Below, piece after piece: positions 28,845 to 39,384 of a DNA stretch of 44,342 nt; position 1 is the first letter of the stretch, and each line of letters starts with the position of its first letter. Below the pieces are notes generated by a model. It was not told the DNA's origin, did not search any database, and saw nothing but the letters and a program-made list of their open reading frames with translations. This DNA comes from a virus: IMG/VR virus record IMGVR_UViG_3300037467_000252, positions 1 to 44,342 of that record; one strand, 5' to 3'. Both the position numbers and the translations under genes were made by a program.

Positions 28845-31268
28845 ATGGCTCTGATCTCCAGCGCCATCCCGAACCTCGTCAACGGCGTCAGCCAGCAGCC
28901 CTACACGCTGCGGCTCGCCTCGCAGGCCCAGGAGCAGATCAACGGCCTGTCCAGCGTGGCTGAGGGGCTCAAGAAGCGACCTCCCACGCGCCACGTCGCG
29001 AAGCTGTCTGACAGCCCCATGGCCACCGGCTTCAGCCACGTCATCAACCGTGACCCGACCGAGCAGTACGTGCTCACGATCACCGGGGACGGTGGCATCC
29101 AGATCCACGATCTCGCCGGCAATCCGCGTCAGGTGAACACCCCGAACGGTGTGGACTACCTGAAATGCGATGACCCGGAGACCGAGCTGAAGGCCGTGAC
29201 GATCGCGGACTACACCTTCATCGTGAACAAGACGGTGACGGTGAAGAGCGATCCCACGAGCAAGAAGCCTCGCAACGGCTACTCGGCCCTCATCTGGATC
29301 AAGCAGGGTGCCTACAACACCGGCTACTCCGTCCAGGTGGATGGCGTCACCGGCCTCATGCAGACCGACTGGTCGGGCGATAACGCAGCTCTCCAGCAGG
29401 CCGCTCAGCAGCACGTCCAAACGTCCTACATCGCCCAGCAGATCCACGACAACTGGGTTGCCAACGGTGGACAGAACAACGGCACGACCTGCACGCAGTT
29501 CGGTTCGAACCTGTACTTCCACAACGCGACGCGGGACTTCCCTGTCGCGATCTTCGATGCCCTCGGCAACCAGTCGATTGGACTCGTGTCCGGTCAGGTC
29601 CAGCGTTTCGAGGATCTGCCCGCACAGGGCGTGGGCGGCATGGTGGTGGAGATCACAGGCACCGACCAGAACAACTTCGACAACTACTGGGTCGAGTTCC
29701 AGGTCGATCCGGCCAACCCGCACGGCGGCGTCTGGGTCGAGACCACGGCTCCCGAGCAGCTCACCGCCTTGGACAACTCCACGATGCCACACATCCTGGT
29801 GCGTGACGCGGACGGAACCTTCTCCTTCGAGCAGGCCGTCTTCGATACCCGAGAGGTGGGAGACGATGCCAGCGCGCCCATGCCCAGCTTCGTTGACTCG
29901 AAGATCAACAACATCGTGTTCTACCGCAACCGCCTAGGCTTCCTGGCGGACGAGAACATCGTGTTCTCCAGGGCTGGGAAGTTCTTCAACTTCTGGCGCA
30001 ACACCGCCATGCAGACCCTGGACACGGACCCCATCGACGTGGCCGTGACCACGAACCAAGTCTCGATCCTTCGGGCCGCGGTGCCGTTCAACCAGACGCT
30101 GATGCTGCTGTCCGACCAGACGCAGTTCCAGCTCGCCAAGACGGACCTCCTGACGCCCAAGACCATGGGCATCGACGTGACCACGAGCTTCGCCTGTGAC
30201 ACCACAGCGAACCCCGTGAACGCCGGCAACAACGTCTACTTCGCCCAGAGCAGGGGAGGGTACTCCGGTCTCCGCGAGTACTACGTGGACCCGGTGACGG
30301 CCATCCAAGATGCCACGGACGTGACGGCTCACTGCCCCACGTATGTCCCTGGCAACATCAGGAAGATGGCCAGCTCGACCAACGAGAACACCATCGTGTG
30401 CCTCTCGGACAAGGTGCGGGACGCGATCTACGTCTACCGCTACTACTGGGCCGGCAACACGAAGGCTCAGTCGTCCTGGTCGAAGTGGGTGCTGCCAGCG
30501 GGCTCCACAGTGCTCGATGTGGGCTTCATCAACTCGACCCTGATCCTCCTGATCAGCCGGCCGGATGGCCTGTACCTGGAGAGCATGTACCTCGCCTCGG
30601 GCGTGGTGGACGTGCAGGCCAGCTATCAGGTCTACCTCGATCGGCGTCTCGATCAGACCCAGGTCGCGGTGCTGTCCTACGGCACCATGCAGGACGGCAG
30701 TGATCTACCGGTGACCTACGTGGAGCTGCCGATGATCGAGCAGCCCGGCGAGGAGTATGTCTTCGTCGCCTGGGCCGGTGACGCCACCTACAAGCAAGGT
30801 GCTGTGATCCCCTACACCAGGACCACTGGGGAAGATGGGCGCTACAGCTACCAGCTCCGGGGCAACGTCACGAGCTTCTTCGTCGGCGTGAAGTACGCCT
30901 TCGCCTACACCTTCAGCCCCTTCATCATGCGTGAGAGCGCCCCTGGTGGGCAGGGCCAGGAGGCTGTGACCGAGGGCCGGCTCCAGATCCGTCACTGCCG
31001 CGTGAGCTACAGCCAGACCGGCTACTTCGAGGCTCACGTCACGCCCGCGGCAGGCAACACCTACGTCTACCCGTTCACCGGCCGAGTGCTCGGCGTGAAC
31101 ACGAACGTCCTCGGACAGGTGGCGCTCGACACGAGCCAATTCGAGTTCCCCGTGGCCTCGAAGAACGACCTCGTGACCATCACCCTGTTCAACGACACGC
31201 ACCTCCCGTGCGCCTTCCTCGGCGCCGAATGGGAGGGCTTCTACACCATCCGATCCCGGAGAATGTGA
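28845..31268 (+). CDS. Tail tubular protein B (gp12-like)
   Basis: NLVNGVSQQPYTLRLASQAQEQINGLSSVAEGLKKRPPT is the gp12 signature. 807 aa. Confidence 0.9.
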   Translation: MALISSAIPNLVNGVSQQPYTLRLASQAQEQINGLSSVAEGLKKRPPTRHVAKLSDSPMATGFSHVINRDPTEQYVLTITGDGGIQIHDLAGNPRQVNTPNGVDYLKCDDPETELKAVTIADYTFIVNKTVTVKSDPTSKKPRNGYSALIWIKQGAYNTGYSVQVDGVTGLMQTDWSGDNAALQQAAQQHVQTSYIAQQIHDNWVANGGQNNGTTCTQFGSNLYFHNATRDFPVAIFDALGNQSIGLVSGQVQRFEDLPAQGVGGMVVEITGTDQNNFDNYWVEFQVDPANPHGGVWVETTAPEQLTALDNSTMPHILVRDADGTFSFEQAVFDTREVGDDASAPMPSFVDSKINNIVFYRNRLGFLADENIVFSRAGKFFNFWRNTAMQTLDTDPIDVAVTTNQVSILRAAVPFNQTLMLLSDQTQFQLAKTDLLTPKTMGIDVTTSFACDTTANPVNAGNNVYFAQSRGGYSGLREYYVDPVTAIQDATDVTAHCPTYVPGNIRKMASSTNENTIVCLSDKVRDAIYVYRYYWAGNTKAQSSWSKWVLPAGSTVLDVGFINSTLILLISRPDGLYLESMYLASGVVDVQASYQVYLDRRLDQTQVAVLSYGTMQDGSDLPVTYVELPMIEQPGEEYVFVAWAGDATYKQGAVIPYTRTTGEDGRYSYQLRGNVTSFFVGVKYAFAYTFSPFIMRESAPGGQGQEAVTEGRLQIRHCRVSYSQTGYFEAHVTPAAGNTYVYPFTGRVLGVNTNVLGQVALDTSQFEFPVASKNDLVTITLFNDTHLPCAFLGAEWEGFYTIRSRRM

Positions 31269-31741
31269 TGATCCCCTACCGACCCGCCCGCGTCGAGGAC
31301 GTGGAGTTCATGGCTCTCAACCTCCGACCGGAGGATGAGGCCGAACTGCGTGCTGCCTCTGGCAAGGAACCCTTCGAGGCTCTTCTGGAGAGCTGGTGCG
31401 CCACGCCTGACTGTCAGGTCGGGCTCGGTCGGGACAACCATCCGCTCTGTATCGGGGGCTGTGTCCCATTCGAGGGGAGGGGAGTCATCTGGCTCCTCGC
31501 CACCGAAGCCATCCTGAAGGAGCGCGTGAACTTTCTCCGCTCCTCCAGGTGGTGGGTGGACAAGCTCCAGGCTGAGTTCCCGCTCCTGACCAACGCCGTA
31601 GACGAGCGCAACACGGTCCACATCGAGTGGCTGAAGTGGCTCGGCTTCACCTTCATCCAGCGCCACCCCGAGTACGGGGTCGAGCGCAGACCCTTCCTTG
31701 AGTTCGTGAGGATAGACCCTTGTGTGACCCCATCAGCCTGA
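31268..31741 (+). CDS. gp13-position internal virion protein A-like protein
   Basis: ATG overlaps the gp12 stop (TGATG). Translation starts MIPYRPARVEDVEFMALNLRPEDEAEL and includes HIEWLKWLGFTF. The family assignment is tentative. Confidence 0.45.
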   Translation: MIPYRPARVEDVEFMALNLRPEDEAELRAASGKEPFEALLESWCATPDCQVGLGRDNHPLCIGGCVPFEGRGVIWLLATEAILKERVNFLRSSRWWVDKLQAEFPLLTNAVDERNTVHIEWLKWLGFTFIQRHPEYGVERRPFLEFVRIDPCVTPSA

Positions 31742-32262
31742 TCGGGCTGGCGGTCTCTGCCGGCTCGTCCATGGTGGGCTTCGCTCAGCAGCAGGAGCAG
31801 GCCGACCAGCAGAACCGTCTCTACGAGCAGAACAAGATCAACGCCATCGCCGCCTTTCAGCAGAAGCAGGTAGACAGCAATACCCGCGAGATGCAGGAGA
31901 TGAACTCCGCTGCTGAACAGAACATGGACACCACCCTGAAGGCCCAGAAGGCTCTCGCCACGAACATGGTCGCGGCTGGAGAGAGTGGTGCCTACGGTAA
32001 CTCTACCGAAGCCCTGATGCAGGACATCAACGGCGCCTCGGATCGCTCCATCAGCAACGTCAACTCCAACCTCGACTGGACCCTGAACCAGATCGAGAAC
32101 CAGAAGAAGGGCTTCAGCTACGAGGCTCTCGACCGGATCAACTCGGTCAAGCGCGCCGTCCAGCCGTCCTTCGCGGGCGCCATGCTCGGCATTGCCGGCG
32201 CAGCGGTGAAGGCCGCCACCCCCGCACGCAGCGGCATCAACAGCCTCGGGCTCAACGAGTAA
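31720..32262 (+). CDS. Internal virion protein B (gp14-like)
   Basis: The TTG start gives an MC... N-terminus as in T7 gp14. Hydrophobic N-terminus and a Gln-rich helical body. Confidence 0.65.
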   Translation: MCDPISLIGLAVSAGSSMVGFAQQQEQADQQNRLYEQNKINAIAAFQQKQVDSNTREMQEMNSAAEQNMDTTLKAQKALATNMVAAGESGAYGNSTEALMQDINGASDRSISNVNSNLDWTLNQIENQKKGFSYEALDRINSVKRAVQPSFAGAMLGIAGAAVKAATPARSGINSLGLNE

Positions 32263-32271
32263 GGAACCAAC

Positions 32272-34788
32272 ATGCCCAACATGGTCGGTCTGGGTCCGGT
32301 CCAGGACCCCCTAGACGAAACCGGCAAACAGGAGCTGCGGGGCTCGATGCCCCTCAAGGATGGCTCCGAAACCATTCAGCCGGTCGCCCTACGCCCGGTC
32401 GCCACTCCGGTGGACAAGTACGCGCGCCCGGCCCCGCCGCCCATCAACAGCAACTACGACAGCCTCATCCAGGGGCTGTCGCAGCTCAACAGCGCGCTGA
32501 CAGGCTACAAGAACGCCACCGCGAGCCAGACCAAGAAGCCGGACAAGGACGCCGTGATCAACGCGATCAACGGTAAGACCCCGGAAGAAATCCACGAGAT
32601 GGTGAACCAGCCGGAGAAGTACCCGGTGTTCGCCAGCCAGTTGAACCAGCAGTTCGCTGGTGAGAAGCTGGCTCGTATCCAAGCGGACAACCAGTTCCAG
32701 AAGTTTCAGCAGTGGTGGACCGTCAACGGCAACGCCAACATGGACCCGACTGCTGAGTGGGATAAGATGGTCCAGCGGGACATCGCGACGTTCGGGCCGA
32801 ACAAGGGCTTCTCGTCTGCCTACTTCGATCAGTCTCAGAGCTACCGCAACCAAATCGCTGGCGGCTACCTGAATACACTGAAGCAGCAGACCGATTACCA
32901 GCAGGCTGCCGAGACCCAAGGTGGCTTCGCTGCCCTGGTCCGAAAGCAAGTCAACGACAACGCGGACCCGAACCAGACGGTTGAGCAGGCCGCCACCTAC
33001 TTCCAGCTCAACAAGAACATCTCCCGGCTCCCCTACTCGGAACAGGTGAAGCAGATCAAGGGCGCCTTCCAGCCCCTGATGAACGACATGGACCAGCGCC
33101 CCGAGCTGGCCGGTCAGTACGCCACGCAGATGCTCGCCATCCTCCAGACGCCCCGCAAGGGCGAGGATGGGGTTCCACGCCGCCTGATCGACGCCCCCAA
33201 CGGGCTCGGTGAGGTCTACCAGGGCATCGCGGCCGACATCGAGAAGAAGCGGGACGAGATCTACAAGAACACCACGACCAGTGATCTGGCCCACATGGAG
33301 TTCTTGGCCAAGCACGATCCGGCCTCGCTGACCGAGAAGCAGATCGACGACTACAACGAGAGCCGTCACAACTTCATCCCGGCCGGAACGATCACGGCCC
33401 TGAAGAAGGCCCGCTACGAGGCCCTCCAGGCGCAGGCCGATAAGCAGGCCGTCAACACCGCCCAGCAGATGTCGGAGAACGATAAGACCGACATCCTCTC
33501 GCGGAACGTCCAGACCATCCAGGACGGCAAGATGTTCGTCCCCAAGGTCGAGCAGATCAAGCAGCCGAACTACTTCCTGAAGGGCGATCACACCGCCCTG
33601 TCTCCCTACTCCCCGGAGCAGCAGAAGCAGGATGCGGTCGAGCAGATCGGCAAGTCCCTGGACTTCCAGCAGAGCCAGCTCGTGAACACGGGCAAGCTCA
33701 CCAAGGAGCAGGCCCAGGTCTGGCGCAACCAGACGGAGCTGGAGACCTTCTCCCGCGCCGGCATCTACCCGAAGGAGTGGAAGGACGAGGCTGACGCTGG
33801 CCTGAACCAGCTCACCACGAACGCCCAGATGGCCTCGAAGGAGATGCCTGAAGGGACCATGCAGGCCTACCAGCGGTGGAAGCAGATCAACGCCGGGGCT
33901 CCCAACCTCGTCGGTCAGATCTACGACAGCCGCGCTCGGACGATCTTCGAGGCCGCGGACAGTATGCCCGGCAGCGATCGGGACAAGCTCTCAGCGGCGG
34001 CCATGTACTATGCCAACCGCTCCGATGAGAAGGATGCCCTGGCCCGCAAGAAGGTGGTCGAGGAGGTCGAGCGGCAGACCGGTGTGACCGGGATGGCCCC
34101 GCAGTGGCTCCGTCGCGCCTTCGGTTCGGACGTGCCCGAGAACGTCGGGCAGATCACCAACGTCGTCCAGCAGCAGGCCGCGTACCTGATGCAGGCCTAC
34201 CACATCGACGCCAAGACGGCGATTGCCAAGGCCACCGAGAATGCCGCCAAGCATTTCACTGTGGTCAACGGCTACGGCATCGACACGAACGATCAGCGCA
34301 TCCCGCAGAACTTCAAGACAATCGCGGAGAACTACATCCGCAACGTGGTGGAAGCTGCGGGTGGTCCGAAGGCTGTCGGGGTGGACGACTACCGCGACAT
34401 CACCCTCCAGCCGTTCACCGATGGCAGCTTCGTCCTCTTCAACAAGAAGACCCTGACCACCCTACCCAACTCCGTGACCATCGCGGACGCGAATGGGAAC
34501 AACTTCGACGGGCGCATCCTGCGTCCCGAGATGCTGGCAGGGCTGGCTGACCAGGAGCGTCAGAAGACCATCCTGCGGGCCACACGGGCTCAGAACGAGG
34601 CCCAGGAGACCCGTCAGAAGATCGACGCGATCCAGAAGCCCATCGAGAACGAGGTCAAGGCCAATCAGGCCAAGGCCGCTGAGCAGGCTGGGCAAGTCTT
34701 CAACGCCGTGAAGGCGGCGACCCACAACCCGTTCAAGCCTGCAATCATCAACCGAAACTCGCGCCGTGGCGCCGAGATCCAGCAATGA
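32272..34788 (+). CDS. Internal virion protein C (gp15-like)
   Basis: 838 aa, largely helical, between the gp14-like and gp16-like genes. Confidence 0.7.
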   Translation: MPNMVGLGPVQDPLDETGKQELRGSMPLKDGSETIQPVALRPVATPVDKYARPAPPPINSNYDSLIQGLSQLNSALTGYKNATASQTKKPDKDAVINAINGKTPEEIHEMVNQPEKYPVFASQLNQQFAGEKLARIQADNQFQKFQQWWTVNGNANMDPTAEWDKMVQRDIATFGPNKGFSSAYFDQSQSYRNQIAGGYLNTLKQQTDYQQAAETQGGFAALVRKQVNDNADPNQTVEQAATYFQLNKNISRLPYSEQVKQIKGAFQPLMNDMDQRPELAGQYATQMLAILQTPRKGEDGVPRRLIDAPNGLGEVYQGIAADIEKKRDEIYKNTTTSDLAHMEFLAKHDPASLTEKQIDDYNESRHNFIPAGTITALKKARYEALQAQADKQAVNTAQQMSENDKTDILSRNVQTIQDGKMFVPKVEQIKQPNYFLKGDHTALSPYSPEQQKQDAVEQIGKSLDFQQSQLVNTGKLTKEQAQVWRNQTELETFSRAGIYPKEWKDEADAGLNQLTTNAQMASKEMPEGTMQAYQRWKQINAGAPNLVGQIYDSRARTIFEAADSMPGSDRDKLSAAAMYYANRSDEKDALARKKVVEEVERQTGVTGMAPQWLRRAFGSDVPENVGQITNVVQQQAAYLMQAYHIDAKTAIAKATENAAKHFTVVNGYGIDTNDQRIPQNFKTIAENYIRNVVEAAGGPKAVGVDDYRDITLQPFTDGSFVLFNKKTLTTLPNSVTIADANGNNFDGRILRPEMLAGLADQERQKTILRATRAQNEAQETRQKIDAIQKPIENEVKANQAKAAEQAGQVFNAVKAATHNPFKPAIINRNSRRGAEIQQ

Positions 34789-34795
34789 GGTAACT

Positions 34796-37700
34796 ATGGC
34801 AGACGAGCCGGTACAGCTCCCTGAGATTTCCGTAGAAGTTCCCAAGCCCGCACCGGCCGCTCCTGGCGTTCCCTCGATGGTGGGGGCTCCGGCCCCCATC
34901 ACCACCCCGCCTGCGGCATCTGAAGCCCCTGCTCCTGAGACCCCTGCGCCGGCTCCCCAGCCCCAGCCTGAGGTCCAGGGACCGGCCCCGGAGATGCCCG
35001 CACCGGTCGTCTCTCCCGTCCGGCCCGCCTACAGGGACACGAACCCGGCCGGTGCTCCTCCGGTGCCCGGTGCGGCCAAGAGCGCGGTCGATGAGATCCC
35101 CGCTCCCGAGGTCCACCTCGTCCAGAAGCTGCCCCCGCTGCCGGTGTCCAACCAGCCGTGGGAACCCGAGCTGGCCCGTGCGGCCACGTCTGCGGGCGTG
35201 CCGGTGGACACGATGCTCCGCATGGCGCACCACGAGAGCGGCTTCAACGCCAACGCCAAGAACCCGAACAGCTCGGCCTCGGGCATCTTCCAGTTCACGG
35301 ACGATACCTGGAGGAGCGTGGCTGCGCGCTATCCGCAGCTCGGGCTGACCAACAAGAACGATCCCTTCCAACAGGCTCGCGCTGCGCCCTACTACATGCG
35401 CGAGATCAACGAGAACCTGCACCGCGTCCTCGGCCGTGATCCCACGCCCACCGAGAGCTACATCGGCTGGTTCCTCGGGCCGGAAGGGGCCGCGGTGGCG
35501 CTGTCACATGATCACAGCACGCCGATCGAGCGAGCTGTCCGTAGCGCGGCCATCGCGTCGAACCCGAACGTCTTCAACAAGGTCCACACCGTGGGCGACC
35601 TGTACCACTGGGCAGGCCAGTTCATGGGTGAGCCTGACGCCGGCCCGAAGCCGGTGATCGACCTCGCGCCCTACATGGAGCTGGGTCCGAACAGCAACAA
35701 TCCGCAGGCCCTGTCCGGCATGCGCTTCGAGCTGAAGAGCCCCCTGGCTCAGATGTTCAACGACATGCCCCCGGAGCTGAAGGGTCAGGTCAAGATCCAC
35801 TCCGGGTTCCGCACCGAGGAGAGCCAAGCCAAGCTCTGGCAGGAGGCCCTGGCCCAGTACGGCTCGGAGGCCGAAGCTCGGAAGCACGTGGCGCCTCCGG
35901 GGCACTCCAACCACAACCACGGGCTCGCCGCGGACCTTTCCTACAAGTCCGATGCGGCCAAGAAGTGGATTCACGACAACGCCGCCAAGTACGGCCTGGG
36001 CTTCCCCGTGGCCGGCGAGGACTGGCACATCGAGCCCATCAGCGCCCGACAGGCGGGTGCCATCCGCATGGGCATGCAGCCCCGGCCTGACGGCATGGCG
36101 TCCTACAAGGTGCCCTACACGCCGCAGATGGAGCTGGATCAGAAGCTCGCGCAGGAGAAGGAGAAGTTCAGCATCCTCCAGGCGATGAAGGCCGCGTACC
36201 AGAACGACAGCGCGATCTCCAACGTCCTGAAGACGAACACCCAGAACGTCTACGACCCGAACTTCCGGGTGACGCCGGACATGCTCAAGGGCGACACGAT
36301 CAAGGGTCTGCCCGACCACATGGTCAACTACATCGCTCGGGCGGACAGCCAGCAGGACTTCGACTACCGCCTGCGTCAGGCTCAGAAGGACAACTACCGC
36401 GACCAGCGCCTCGCTGCGACCCCGTGGGGTGGCGCGATCCGCGCAGCGGTGGCCCTCGGTGATCCCGCGGGTATCGCGCTCTCTACCCTGGCCCCGGTGG
36501 GGTTCGCGGCGAAGGGTGCGCAGCTCGGCCGCCTGGGCAGGCTCGGTGTGGCAGCAGCAGACGGCCTCACCGGCACGACTGCGGCGCAGATCCCGGACTT
36601 CATGAGCAAGCCCGGCTACGAGAACGAGCAGGCCCTCTGGACGACCCTCCTCGGGACGGCCGGCTACGTCGGTCTGCACCAGCTCGGGTCATGGCTGAAG
36701 GGTCCGGCCGAGGTCCCGATGCGGGAAGCCCTGGACCTGATGAACAACAAGCGGGCCGAGCTGGAGAGCAGCACGTCTCTGTCCGGTGCCGGTGCCGCCT
36801 CGACCCCTGGCTACCGGGCTCCGATCCGGGATGACATCGAGGGTGTGGAGCACCTGGAGACCCCTCAGACCGCGCTCGGTGGCCTGCGCTTCGACGCCTC
36901 TGCGAAGCTCAAGAACAGCGAGAACAAGCTCGTGGCCGCTGTCGGTGACGGGCTCCTTCAGGACCCCGTGGGGAACAAGGACAAGAGCATCGCCGTGACC
37001 ATGCCGGCCGAGTACATCGCTCGGAAGGCTCGGGAGGACGCTGAGAACGCCTGGGGCCGCATCCGGGACGCGGCTGGTGCCGAGTACCAGCAGCGCCATG
37101 GCATCACGGCTCTCCAGTGGAAGTTCGGTGGACAGGAGGCTTTCTATCGGGAGGTCGGTGATGCAGCTCGCATCCGTGATCCGCTGAAGCGCGCTGAGCT
37201 GGACCCCTCGGTCCTGAAGGCCGTCGATGGCTGGCAGCGCGTCCGCAAGTACTGGTACGACATGGCCCAGAACCCCGGTCAGATCCGTGGCGAGAAGCTC
37301 CCGGCATTACCCGGTTCGCTCGACTGGATAGACGACCAGTTCTACGTGCCGCGCTACCCGAACCAGAGTCGGGCTGTCGCCCTGATCGCGGAGTTCGGTG
37401 ACCAGCTCGGTCCCAAGCTGCTGGCCCCGGCCATGCACGGCTTGAATCCTGACTGGGACCGCGAGTTCGCGAACAAGATGGGCGAGTGGTACTACACCAC
37501 CTTCGCTAAGGCCCGCTTTGGGTATGACGAGAAGGTCTCGCAAATCCTCGCTGGTGTGGACAAGGACGCTCTCCAGAAGTCCCTGGTCGAGCACGGGTTC
37601 TCCATCGAGGAGGTCAACAAAGCTCTCTACCAGATCGAGCAGGATGCTAAGAACGCCGGCGAGAAGAACTTGATCGCTCGGCAGAAGCGCCGTCAGCTCA

Positions 37701-39328
37701 TGGACGAGAACTACACGGTGCGCCTCACAGGCAAGAACGGCACGCGAGACGTGTCGGTCAACGAGCTGTGGGAGAACAACATGGATGCCATCGTGTCGTC
37801 CTACAGCCACCAGATGGGCGGTGTGGTCGGCATGGCGAACCTCCGTATCGCCAACCCTCTGTTCAAGGAGGGCATGGACGAGAGCGAGCGGTTCATCGTC
37901 AACGGCATCCACAGCGATGAGGACCGGGCCGAGCTGATCCGCAAGATCAAGGCCTACGAGATGCAGAGCCCCCGCATGGAGGACGGTGGACGGAAGCTCG
38001 ATGGGGAACTGAAGACCCTCAACTGGGCGATGGATGCCATCCTCGGTCGGCCTTCAGAGGTTGACCGGTCGGAGTTGGGGCAGGTGCTTCGCACCCTTCG
38101 CCACTACAACTTCATCCGCCTCGCGGCCCAGATGGGCTGGGCGTCTATCTCGGAGTTCGGCACTCTCCTCGGGGAGGTCGGGCTGCGTCACATGTTCACC
38201 TCGATGCCTTCCCTGAAGGCCATCCTGAAGGACGTGTGGCTGGGCAAGATGGACGACGAGGAGCTGCTCCACTGGGAGCGGACCTTCTCGGCCGGTATGG
38301 ACTACGTTCGCACCCGTGGTCGAACCTGGACTGCGGACGAGCGTGCCACCGGCAGCACATTGAGCGCCCGCTCGCGCCGCCTGAACACGGCGGAACGGTG
38401 GGCTCAGAAGGGCGCGGACATCGTGAACAACATCTCCCTCGGGCCGCTCACGGCGTTCCAGGAGCGGTGGGCCTTGAAGGCTGCCCTGTCCAAGTTCGTC
38501 GCGGCCGGTGAGAGGGGCGAGAAGCTCAACGAGGGACGCATGCGGCTCCTCGGGATCAGCCCCGAGATGCAGCAGAAGATCCTCGCTGAGATCCGCAAGC
38601 ACAAGGACGCCTACGTCATCGGGGAGAGGGGCACCAAGATCAAGACCTTGGGCCTCGATCAGTGGGAACCCCAGACCCGCGCGACCTTCGAGTACGCGCT
38701 GGACACCTGGGTTCGCCGGATGATCCAGAAGAACGACCTGGGGCAGATGAATGCCTTCATCGGTAGCCCGATGGGTAAGATCCTGTTCCAGTTCAGAAAC
38801 TTCACGCTGGGCTCCTGGAGCAAGCACACGCTGGCCCTGGCGCACCATCACGACCTGGACATGCTCTACGGCTTCGCGGCCTCGATGCTGGCCGGCGCGA
38901 TGGCGTTCGCGGCACAGCGTGGGCTCAACGATGCCCTGCTGCCCGACCACGAGCGGCAGAAGGCCTTCGAGAAGAACTTCACCTACGGCCGTCTCGCGGC
39001 GGCTGGGTTCCAGCGATCGGGCGCTTCGTCGCTCATCCCCGGTGCCTTCGACTTCGGTCTACAGGCCTTCGGTAGCGATCCCTGGTTCGACACCCGTGCC
39101 ACTCAGCAGCCCACGCAGGGCTGGGGAGCCAACCCGACCACCGGCTTGATCGACGCAGCCTTCTCCCAGGCTCGCCAGATCTCGAAGGGCGTCAGAGGGG
39201 ATGACCCCTACACCTCCCAGGACTTCCGCAAGCTCTGGGGGCTGACACCCATCTACTCGCTCCCGGTGTTCCACCAGATCCTCGATGCCGGTTCTGGAGC
39301 ACTCCCAGAGCCTACACACACGCACTGA
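34796..39328 (+). CDS. Internal virion protein D (gp16-like) with lytic transglycosylase and M15-type peptidase motifs
   Basis: SLT motif HESGFNANAKNPNSSASGIFQF. LAS/M15 zinc motif GHSNHNHGLAADL with GEDWHIEP. ATG 34796 has GAGG upstream. The track start is 34766. Confidence 0.85.
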   Translation: MADEPVQLPEISVEVPKPAPAAPGVPSMVGAPAPITTPPAASEAPAPETPAPAPQPQPEVQGPAPEMPAPVVSPVRPAYRDTNPAGAPPVPGAAKSAVDEIPAPEVHLVQKLPPLPVSNQPWEPELARAATSAGVPVDTMLRMAHHESGFNANAKNPNSSASGIFQFTDDTWRSVAARYPQLGLTNKNDPFQQARAAPYYMREINENLHRVLGRDPTPTESYIGWFLGPEGAAVALSHDHSTPIERAVRSAAIASNPNVFNKVHTVGDLYHWAGQFMGEPDAGPKPVIDLAPYMELGPNSNNPQALSGMRFELKSPLAQMFNDMPPELKGQVKIHSGFRTEESQAKLWQEALAQYGSEAEARKHVAPPGHSNHNHGLAADLSYKSDAAKKWIHDNAAKYGLGFPVAGEDWHIEPISARQAGAIRMGMQPRPDGMASYKVPYTPQMELDQKLAQEKEKFSILQAMKAAYQNDSAISNVLKTNTQNVYDPNFRVTPDMLKGDTIKGLPDHMVNYIARADSQQDFDYRLRQAQKDNYRDQRLAATPWGGAIRAAVALGDPAGIALSTLAPVGFAAKGAQLGRLGRLGVAAADGLTGTTAAQIPDFMSKPGYENEQALWTTLLGTAGYVGLHQLGSWLKGPAEVPMREALDLMNNKRAELESSTSLSGAGAASTPGYRAPIRDDIEGVEHLETPQTALGGLRFDASAKLKNSENKLVAAVGDGLLQDPVGNKDKSIAVTMPAEYIARKAREDAENAWGRIRDAAGAEYQQRHGITALQWKFGGQEAFYREVGDAARIRDPLKRAELDPSVLKAVDGWQRVRKYWYDMAQNPGQIRGEKLPALPGSLDWIDDQFYVPRYPNQSRAVALIAEFGDQLGPKLLAPAMHGLNPDWDREFANKMGEWYYTTFAKARFGYDEKVSQILAGVDKDALQKSLVEHGFSIEEVNKALYQIEQDAKNAGEKNLIARQKRRQLMDENYTVRLTGKNGTRDVSVNELWENNMDAIVSSYSHQMGGVVGMANLRIANPLFKEGMDESERFIVNGIHSDEDRAELIRKIKAYEMQSPRMEDGGRKLDGELKTLNWAMDAILGRPSEVDRSELGQVLRTLRHYNFIRLAAQMGWASISEFGTLLGEVGLRHMFTSMPSLKAILKDVWLGKMDDEELLHWERTFSAGMDYVRTRGRTWTADERATGSTLSARSRRLNTAERWAQKGADIVNNISLGPLTAFQERWALKAALSKFVAAGERGEKLNEGRMRLLGISPEMQQKILAEIRKHKDAYVIGERGTKIKTLGLDQWEPQTRATFEYALDTWVRRMIQKNDLGQMNAFIGSPMGKILFQFRNFTLGSWSKHTLALAHHHDLDMLYGFAASMLAGAMAFAAQRGLNDALLPDHERQKAFEKNFTYGRLAAAGFQRSGASSLIPGAFDFGLQAFGSDPWFDTRATQQPTQGWGANPTTGLIDAAFSQARQISKGVRGDDPYTSQDFRKLWGLTPIYSLPVFHQILDAGSGALPEPTHTH

Positions 39329-39329
39329 T

Positions 39330-39348
39330 CTATCCACCCATGCACAGG
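39330..39348 (+). promoter_or_regulatory. CTATSCACC-family motif, late-type (CTATCCACCCATGCACAGG)
   Basis: It is followed by hairpin GGAGGGG-N11-CCCCUCC (39347-39371) and then the fibre gene. Confidence 0.55.
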
Positions 39349-39384
39349 AGGGGGCTCGCGTAGTCCCCTCCTAGAAGGATCACA

